From positions 744,001 through 808,000 of the forward strand of contig AP039690.1 in the NCBI GenBank assembly GCA_051599415.1: a stretch of DNA of 64,000 bases, read 5' to 3'. Of the stretch, positions 20,578-28,084 are shown piece by piece. The notes under the pieces were generated by a model. It saw only the letters and a program-made list of their open reading frames with translations, was not told the DNA's origin and ran no database searches. Numbering within the stretch: the stretch's first letter is position 1; each line of letters begins with the position of its first letter. The DNA is from Savitreella phatthalungensis. Its lineage: Eukaryota. The translations under genes and the position numbers were made by a program.

Positions 20578-20970
20578 ATGTTCGGAAGATTGCTTGTTGT
20601 GTCGATGGTTGGGAGCACGATAGCTGCGTATTCAGTCAACAGACCTGACAGTGGCCAAAGAATACGATGTGGTCCGATCGAGATCTCTCACTGTGATATT
20701 TCCCATGGCACGCTTTTAGACCCTGAGGCTTTTGCGCTTGGTCTTGGTGCCCATACCTATAGACCGTGCCACGAGACTCAATGGGAAGGCAGACAGGGTC
20801 TTGTGAGCATAAGCCGCTCGATCGACATTGATGGGGTGAATGTGACAGCACAAGTTTTTGTCGGCGTCGAGACTTGGCCACGCGAACCGATTACTCAGCT
20901 TCACGTCTGCTGGAACAATGCTTGGTATACTGAAACCGGACAGAGTGATTGGCAGCAATGCGAGGGATGA
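20578..20970 (+). CDS. Small secreted cysteine-pattern protein, paralog 2 of 4 (130 aa)
   Basis: Signal peptide MFGRLLVVSMVGSTIA; C-x8-DI-x2-G, YRPC, EPIT-x2-HVCW-x3-W-x8-W-x2-CEG; TATAAA at 20527. Confidence 0.88.
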   Translation: MFGRLLVVSMVGSTIAAYSVNRPDSGQRIRCGPIEISHCDISHGTLLDPEAFALGLGAHTYRPCHETQWEGRQGLVSISRSIDIDGVNVTAQVFVGVETWPREPITQLHVCWNNAWYTETGQSDWQQCEG

Positions 20971-21128
20971 TACATGCCACGCGACTTCGATTATCTCGGA
21001 GATGAATATGTTTGCAAGCTTGGCGGCGTGCTGGAAATCATGGTGCTTCGATTTGACAGCTCGTTGGACAACACGACGCATTATAAAAGCGCCTGTCAAC
21101 CTCACATTCAGGCGGCTCATCAGTCAAG

Positions 21129-21458
21129 ATGTTTGGTCTCATTTCCACGATCCTTTTCGCTCAAGCCGCGCTGGCAAATTTCTCAATCAACGATGGCTCG
21201 GCGACCTGTGATGGCGTCGCTGTGACGAAGTCTGATGTCTCCAACGGGGCACTCATCGATCCAACAGGCGGATGGGCAGATCTTCCGCATTTCTCGGCAT
21301 GCCGAGAGACCAATTGGCAAGGAGCCTTCAAACTAGTTCGCGTTGGGGACGATGTGGTCCTTGCAGCAGAACAATATCGCCCTGGCTCAAACACAATTCA
21401 CGTCTGCTGGAACAAAGCGTGGTACCGTAGCGCCGACGGCAACTGGAATCAATGTTGA
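21129..21458 (+). CDS. Small secreted cysteine-pattern protein, paralog 3 of 4 (109 aa)
   Basis: Signal peptide MFGLISTILFAQAALA; C-x8-DV-x2-G, FSAC, HVCW-x3-W-x7-W-x2-C; TATAAAA at 21082. Confidence 0.88.
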   Translation: MFGLISTILFAQAALANFSINDGSATCDGVAVTKSDVSNGALIDPTGGWADLPHFSACRETNWQGAFKLVRVGDDVVLAAEQYRPGSNTIHVCWNKAWYRSADGNWNQC

Positions 21459-21650
21459 GTGCTTTCCTCTCAACTGGAGCATAACGACGCAGGAACACAG
21501 CAGCGATCGAGTAGCCCTTGCGATGATCACTCACGTGATAACTGTGTTGTTTGACCTCGCCGGAATCGTCCAGTAGTTGGTCAGCATTTCAGTGACATAA
21601 AGACTATTCTTATCCCTCTGCGATGAGTAGCTGCTAGATCAATTGTGTTC

Positions 21651-21980
21651 ATGTTGTTGTCTGCTGTTCTCCTGTGGGCAAGCTTGGCGAGTGCGAAGTT
21701 GAACATCAACGCCCCTGGGAATCCTATTGCGTGTGGACGACTACGTATCGTCGGGCGAGATATTGCGAACGGCACTGTGGTTCAAGTGGCAACGTACAAA
21801 CAATGGCTGCCGGGATATACACCCTGTGCGTCAGGGAAACAGATCTTAATCAAATTGACCAAAGCACAGGTCAACATTATCATCGCGGCGGAAGAAAGCA
21901 GGGCGCAGATCACGGCATGCTACAAGCGCAGTGTGTGGATGCAGTCGAGTACAGGCACCTGGTCAATGTGTCAGAGATGA
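21651..21980 (+). CDS. Small secreted cysteine-pattern protein, paralog 4 of 4 (109 aa, cationic)
   Basis: Signal peptide MLLSAVLLWASLASA; C-x8-DI-x2-G, YTPC, CY-x4-W-x7-W-x2-C; CATAAAG at 21596. Confidence 0.82.
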   Translation: MLLSAVLLWASLASAKLNINAPGNPIACGRLRIVGRDIANGTVVQVATYKQWLPGYTPCASGKQILIKLTKAQVNIIIAAEESRAQITACYKRSVWMQSSTGTWSMCQR

Positions 21981-22116
21981 GAGTGATGATCCTGCAGTCC
22001 CGGGACACAGCAACACGGCATTAGTTCTTCATGAGGCATGCCTGTCCATCATTCATCATATATGCATATGTACATCTTTGATCACGCTCATCGGCCGGAC
22101 TGTGAAGATCTGAGGG

Positions 22117-22914
22117 TCAGATTTGCAGCGCCATCAATTTCTTGCCCATCTCAAGCCGCGATTCGAGAGCACCGCCAACCATGATACCAAGCAGCAGCAC
22201 AAGAAGGATTAGCAAGTTACCCACAGGACCTCTCGCTGCACGAGATCCCCAAGCCTTAGGTCCGCCAGGAGCATACTGTCCTTTCCACTTTTTCAGTGGT
22301 GCCACTCCGTTTCTCTCGGCATACTCGACTGCCCTCTTCATGCCGGGCATACCATCCACTGATCGTGCACTCTTCCAAGCCCAGTAGTGATCCATACTCT
22401 CTTTCTCATCGCCTGCTTGAAATTTAGCGTCCTTCTTGGCGAAGAATTCGTCGAGAATCGGACGGTGTGCTTTGAAATCGTAGTAAGGCACGCTGAAGCC
22501 GCACGATGTTGCGCATTGGTGGATATCGATCTTGATGATGCTCCTAGTGCCTGGGCGTGTGCTGACTTTGTGAGTGGTAATGAAAGTGTCGTATCCAGGC
22601 GATCCATTCTCGAGGACGTGACCGTCACCCCAGAGCCGCACGATCTGTGGGGGGCCTTCGAAAGCCATGAACATGACGCAGATCCGACCATTGCCGACTT
22701 CGTGCAAGTGCGCGTGCGTCTCGACCCCACTGCCAGATAAGTCCATGTACCAAAACTCAGTCGGCGACAGAATGCCGAAGAAATCTGACCCACCCTTGGG
22801 CGAAATGTTGATGTGACCGTCACCGGAGAGCGGTGCTGTGCCGACGATCAGCATCTGCTGCTTCTGAATCCATGATACTAGGCTGTCAGGGATTTTCTCG
22901 TAGTATACTCCCAT
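22117..22914 (-). CDS. Pyridoxamine 5'-phosphate oxidase-like FMN-binding split-barrel protein with C-terminal TM helix
   Basis: WIQKQQMLIVGTAPLSGDGHINISPKG, YMDLSGSGVETHAHL, GRICVMFMAFEGPPQIVRLWG, TSCGFSVPYY; hydrophobic tail LLILLVLLLGIMVG. Confidence 0.85.
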   Translation of the reverse strand: MGVYYEKIPDSLVSWIQKQQMLIVGTAPLSGDGHINISPKGGSDFFGILSPTEFWYMDLSGSGVETHAHLHEVGNGRICVMFMAFEGPPQIVRLWGDGHVLENGSPGYDTFITTHKVSTRPGTRSIIKIDIHQCATSCGFSVPYYDFKAHRPILDEFFAKKDAKFQAGDEKESMDHYWAWKSARSVDGMPGMKRAVEYAERNGVAPLKKWKGQYAPGGPKAWGSRAARGPVGNLLILLVLLLGIMVGGALESRLEMGKKLMALQI

Positions 22915-24395
22915 GTTGAGGACAAACTATCAATAGGCTGTGTCGACAGCTTTGACCTGTAATAAGCCGTGGCTCGACTTTCTCGATATGACTCAAGCCT
23001 GGACTGGCTTCCAGTGCTGTTTTTGTCTGTCAATGTTGACTCACATGTCTAATTTAGATGTGTGGAGATGACCTATGGGGTTCAATTGTTCAATAATTGA
23101 TCGAGTACGCGTGCGCGTGATCGAATGATGTGTGGATGCACGACTGACGATTCCGCTGCACAGAAATATACACTCAGAAGCGATTTAAACCATCCTCGAC
23201 GCCAGAGTGCAGCACATGCTCATATTGTGATGAGGGCATTCTCGATGGAAGGTTCATCAGATCACTTGACTGCCACTGCTACTAACAGACTGATCATTGT
23301 GTTCAGACTACTAAATGATGGTTTCCTTGGCTAGCGTGAATTGTATTTGCTGCAAAGTTCGATCAATGAGCATTCGACTGCCATATAGCAATCATATGTT
23401 ATTCTGGGCGTCACCGTGGGCGAACATGCTCGTCTTACAATTGTATAGCTCGATGATGTATGTTCTGCATGCTTATGGGACCATTCATTCCCCGTGAACA
23501 CAGCTGCAAAGTTTCACTGAGTAAGGCTCATCAAAATACAATCACATACTTCTCAGTCCATTCACCGAATGTGCGTTTATCTTGAGTTGCATCAATGCAT
23601 AAGCACAACTCTATACGCCGTCTCACAGCGGGTCCATCTGAATCCCATGGTCCTTCGCGTCACTTGTTTCGCGCAGTGCGGAGAATATGCGCCGTGACTT
23701 GAGGATCGACTGCCAAGCGCGAAACCTCGCATATAATGACGGCCCATGACAGCATTTCCACCATACTCTCTGTCGGACATAAACGGTAGCGAATAGAGTG
23801 TTATTATATCGCTGAACAAAGCCTAGCAGGGACATCAGTTTTGGTTTTCTTATTGCAAAACTCAGTTGTGGGCTTTGTGGTGTGAAGATTTGTCAAGATT
23901 CGAGCAAACGACTACCGACTTTCCCATCTCCAGCTTTGCAATTGTGAGCAGGAGGAATACTTCTGAAGGTCGATGGCGACTGCGCAATCTCAGTGGGTTG
24001 CTCCACGACCATCTCACTCATAGATGATCGAAAGACTCTGTTCGCCACCTTTTGAGATCTTGGCCTTCGGTACTGTGCATTCAAATGAGTAGAGTATACA
24101 CCACATGTTTTTCGAAGTCCGTGATGCATCAATTGATCGAGGATCGTGTAAACACACTTCATGTGCACCCATGAACAATTCACAATTGGATTGAGATTGA
24201 TCACCATCCAATGCACGTACTCACACTCAAAACGGACGTGCGTTATACACTGTTGCAATGAGATATCCCCACAAATAGAACGCTAACTGAGCCAGAGGTC
24301 AATCTACTTGACAGTGCTTCATCGTCCTACGCGTGCTCTCGATACCGCAGGCGCTCCGGCGGAACAATGACGCTCAACTGATAGATGTGTACCGG

Positions 24396-27300
24396 ATGAG
24401 TCTGCTAGACGACTACGTCAACGTTGGCGCAGGCCAGCTTGGCGGTCTAGATTCGATGCTCGATGCCTCACCCGTCGTAGAGGGTGATGGGCAGCCTCAC
24501 ACGAATGGCGCTAGCAGCATGACAGGTATGTTCCGCATCGATCAGGTCACATTACCTGGTTCCCTATCAATCGTCGGCGCTGCTGTTCAGAACAATATCC
24601 TATTCATCGCACTGGCTAATGTCAAGCTGATGCGAATCGACCTGTCAGAACCAGCAGAGATCCTCGACATCGACATTTCTCAAGCATTGTCCGCAACATC
24701 GTCCAAGTCTAGTGAACGCGACTCGATACACAAGATTCACCTCGATGCAACAGGTCAGCATCTCATAATCACCACAACCAAAGGCGAGAACGTCTACTGG
24801 CACAGCAAGAACAGCAAGCCCGCGAAGCTCTCGAAGCTGAAAGGTGTCATCGAGAGTGTTGGCTGGAACAATGATGGCAACAAGCACTCTACCAAAGAGA
24901 TCCTCGTCGGCCTGAGAAGCGGATCCGTATACGAGACGTGGCTCGAGCCGACGGAGGGTTTCACGCGCTCACTTGAACGCTACTGCAAGCTCGTCTACAG
25001 CATTGAAAGCGGTTCGCCGGTCCATGGCCTATATCACTACATGGATGCCGCAAAACATCGGCACATTTTGCTAGCTAGCGACGGCGCGCTCCTACATTTC
25101 GCCGGCGTGCTTCCTAAAAGCTCTTCCGCAGATGCACCAATTCTGACAGCAATTTTCGCAGACAACGCGCCAGGCGAACATGCATGTCAGGGGTCAAAGT
25201 CAATCTTGAGGACGGTCGCGGATAAGGACGCTGAAAGCCACTTGCATTTCGCTTGGGCATGCGTTGAGGGCATCTTGCATGGCGATGGTCCGGTCAATCC
25301 GGGCGAAGCATCATTCGAAGGAGCAACTATGTTACCTGCGACTGGCACAGAAAACATCTTGCTGACAGCTTATCACATCATCGCATTACGGGACGGTGAG
25401 CTGTGCGCATTTAATCGCTTCGACCATCGGGAAGTCTATCGAGAGGCCTTGACATCAGCGCAGTCGGTCCTCGGGCTCGTGTCCGATGCAGCTCATCAGA
25501 CATACTGGTGCTACACGGAGAGTCATCTCTATGAGATTGTGGTCTCAAATGAGGCTCGGGATTTATGGTCGGTGTTTCTCAAGGCCAAAAACTTTGAAAA
25601 AGCGTCCAGATTTGCGGAAAGTCAACGTCAACAGGACGTCATTCACGAGGCGCAGGCGCGATCACATCTCGAGGCATTGCGGTACGATGAGGCTGCCAAG
25701 TCTTATGCACGAGCGTCGACACCGGTAGAGCAGGTTGCATTGGCGTTGCTCGACAGAGAGGAGAGAGATGCGCTTCGGCTGTACTTGCAGTACAAGCTTG
25801 AGCTGTCGCGCAAAGCTGCAGGTATGCAGAGAACCATGCTTGCCACTTGGATCGTCGAGCTCTTCATGAACAAGATGAATGCGCTTGACGACCTACAGAA
25901 CATCGCTGATGGGTTACGGAAAGATGCCGCGATCGGGGAGACTGCTATTGCTCAAATCAGCAATGACTTCCGCCAATTCGTCAAACAGTACACCGCGGAT
26001 ATGGACAAGGAGACTATCTATGCACTGATCTCTTCATATGGGCGAGACGGCGAGCTGCTAGCATTCGCGGAATCTGTCAATGACTATCGGTACGTGGTTC
26101 ACCACCACATTGCAAGAGAAAGTTATGCGGCTGCTCTGAATCAGCTCATCAAGCACCCAGATGTCGACCTGATCTACGAGACAGCGAACGTGCTCCTGCC
26201 GGAAGTACCACAGCAGGCGGTAGAGTTCTGGATGAAGCTCGGAGCGCTTGACCCGGAACGCGTCCTACCGGCCGTCCTCCTTTACAGCACTCGTCAAATG
26301 CCAGCGCTCAAGGACAATCAGGCCGTCAGGTTCCTACAATTCGCCATTCGGAACAAGGGCGATCGATGCAGTCAGGCGATTCACAATGCCCTTGTCGGCA
26401 TCTATGCGCGAGACTGTGACAAAGACGAGGCAGAGCTGCTTGCATACCTCTCGTCCCGGCAAACACCAGCGTACGATACAGACTTTGCGTTGCGGCAGTG
26501 CCGAGAACATGGTCGAGTCATTAGCTGTATACGGATCTTCTCGTCGATCGGCATGCATGAGCAAGCGCTCGATCTAGCGCTTCAGCACGACAATTTCGAC
26601 CTAGCGAAGCAGGTTGCCAACGGAGTAGAGTCGTTGGTAGACGGCAGCGGGAATGGCGGCACCTGTGATGGACTTGCACTGAAGAAGAAGTTCTGGTTGC
26701 GGATAGCACAAACAACAATGGAGCGGCGTGGGATTCAGGCGGCGATAGAACTGAGCAAAGAGACTGATGTGCTTCGGGTGGAAGATTTACTGCCTAGCTT
26801 TACAGATGAGACGCCGCTGGACGAATTGAAGGAGGAAATCTGTGCTGCTCTCGAGCGATACGCGAACCAGATTCGGCAGCTCCAAACGGAGATGGACTAC
26901 TCGAGTCGAGCTACGGAAACTCTCGAGAAGGCCATGACAGCGCTCGATCGACGGTTCGCAGTCATTCACACGCACGAATTGTGTTATCACTGTGACGAGC
27001 CACTGATCGGTAAGGACACCAAATTCTACGTGTTCCCGTGCCAACACGTCTTCCACAGCGAGTGTCTGGTGCAACTGGCACTCAGAGACAGCAGTGCAAG
27101 TCAGCGGAGGCGAATCGCCCAACTACAGCTCCGTGCTAGACCACCAGTCAGCAGAACCAAGTCACCCGCACCGAGCACGCAGCAAAAGTCTGGCAATACA
27201 CAAACTGCGCCACCAATAGCGGTCTCGCGGACGAGCTCTCTAGCAATGGCTCGAGTTCCCTCGAGTGCAACAGGTTCTTCGTCCACCAAAGATCATGGAT

Positions 27301-27509
27301 CTAGTGGAAGAGGGCAAGGTCAGGGTCCGCTTGGAGCTGGTGGGGCGGAAGTGCCGATAGAGGAGGCAAAGGCACGTGAAGCGCTGGATGAAATCATCGC
27401 AGCTGATTGTCCATTGTGTGGTGAACGGATGATCAGTAGCATCGATTGGCCTTTGTTCGATGCAGCAGACAAGAATCAAGCTGCTGAAGCGGCATCCTGG
27501 ATCGTGTAG
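24396..27509 (+). CDS. VPS18: Vps18/Pep3 HOPS/CORVET core subunit
   Basis: IHKIHLDATGQHLII, IESVGWN, Pep3 region (YWCYT...EIVVSNEARDLW), QRTMLATWIVELF, LRVEDLLPSF, RING CYHC...FYVFPCQHVFHSECL...CPLCG. ATG 24396; a possible spliced upstream ATG lies at 24211. Confidence 0.93.
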   Translation: MSLLDDYVNVGAGQLGGLDSMLDASPVVEGDGQPHTNGASSMTGMFRIDQVTLPGSLSIVGAAVQNNILFIALANVKLMRIDLSEPAEILDIDISQALSATSSKSSERDSIHKIHLDATGQHLIITTTKGENVYWHSKNSKPAKLSKLKGVIESVGWNNDGNKHSTKEILVGLRSGSVYETWLEPTEGFTRSLERYCKLVYSIESGSPVHGLYHYMDAAKHRHILLASDGALLHFAGVLPKSSSADAPILTAIFADNAPGEHACQGSKSILRTVADKDAESHLHFAWACVEGILHGDGPVNPGEASFEGATMLPATGTENILLTAYHIIALRDGELCAFNRFDHREVYREALTSAQSVLGLVSDAAHQTYWCYTESHLYEIVVSNEARDLWSVFLKAKNFEKASRFAESQRQQDVIHEAQARSHLEALRYDEAAKSYARASTPVEQVALALLDREERDALRLYLQYKLELSRKAAGMQRTMLATWIVELFMNKMNALDDLQNIADGLRKDAAIGETAIAQISNDFRQFVKQYTADMDKETIYALISSYGRDGELLAFAESVNDYRYVVHHHIARESYAAALNQLIKHPDVDLIYETANVLLPEVPQQAVEFWMKLGALDPERVLPAVLLYSTRQMPALKDNQAVRFLQFAIRNKGDRCSQAIHNALVGIYARDCDKDEAELLAYLSSRQTPAYDTDFALRQCREHGRVISCIRIFSSIGMHEQALDLALQHDNFDLAKQVANGVESLVDGSGNGGTCDGLALKKKFWLRIAQTTMERRGIQAAIELSKETDVLRVEDLLPSFTDETPLDELKEEICAALERYANQIRQLQTEMDYSSRATETLEKAMTALDRRFAVIHTHELCYHCDEPLIGKDTKFYVFPCQHVFHSECLVQLALRDSSASQRRRIAQLQLRARPPVSRTKSPAPSTQQKSGNTQTAPPIAVSRTSSLAMARVPSSATGSSSTKDHGSSGRGQGQGPLGAGGAEVPIEEAKAREALDEIIAADCPLCGERMISSIDWPLFDAADKNQAAEAASWIV

Positions 27510-27539
27510 ACTGGCTGTAGACTGGCTGTAGACTGGCTG
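27505..27539 (+). repeat. Three tandem copies of an 11-mer (TGTAGACTGGC) that includes the VPS18 stop codon
   Basis: tgtagactggc-tgtagactggc-tgtagactggc-tg read directly. Confidence 0.95.
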
Positions 27540-27583
27540 CCAATGGGTAATGGTGGCGGAATATGTAAAGCAGACCTCATCAG

Positions 27584-27593
27584 ATCACGTGAC
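27584..27593. promoter_or_regulatory. Extended E-box ATCACGTGAC upstream of PFK1
   Basis: bHLH site about 500 nt upstream of the ATG, with a second CACGTG at 27742. Confidence 0.5.
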
Positions 27594-28084
27594 TTTTTCG
27601 GAGATCAAAATAATTAGCCTTCAAAATCTAGTCATATATATGGCTGCATATATGGCCGATCAAGATTGATTCCTATCACTCAGAACGCACGCCGGAGGAA
27701 TGCCTATCAGAACATCGATTCGGCCGCAAAGCATCCATCTGCACGTGTATTCTAATCCCACGAAAAAAAAAAGAGGAAGAAATGTATGAAAAGAGTTGCG
27801 CTTAAGAGTTGAGTGGAATCCAATTGAATTAATTGATCACTAAGTGAGCGATGATTGGTTCCAAGTGAACGCATATCAGACAGACAAAAAAGATAGACTA
27901 TAGATATCATCTACCATACCATATACTCGATCTATCACTTCATCAGCAGCAGTCTCCCATACATCATACAGTGTATACCCTTAAGGGGCATAGACAGTAA
28001 TCCTTCTCTCTTAGCTCCTCTGAGTGACTTGTAACAGCTTCAGCAGCTCAGTCAGAATTCTGGCAAACATCCAACTCAGCCAGG

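Noticed and set aside
23125..24258. Several short ORFs between the PNPOx-like gene and VPS18 as additional array members
   Set aside because: No signal peptides and none of the C-x8-D or W-x2-C motifs.
9595..27509. Vps3/39-like and VPS18 genes as a functional CORVET/HOPS cluster
   Set aside because: 12 kb and nine unrelated genes apart; consistent with chance.
27505..27539. Short direct repeats as a CRISPR-like array
   Set aside because: Three adjacent 11-mers with no spacers in eukaryotic DNA; simple slippage duplication.
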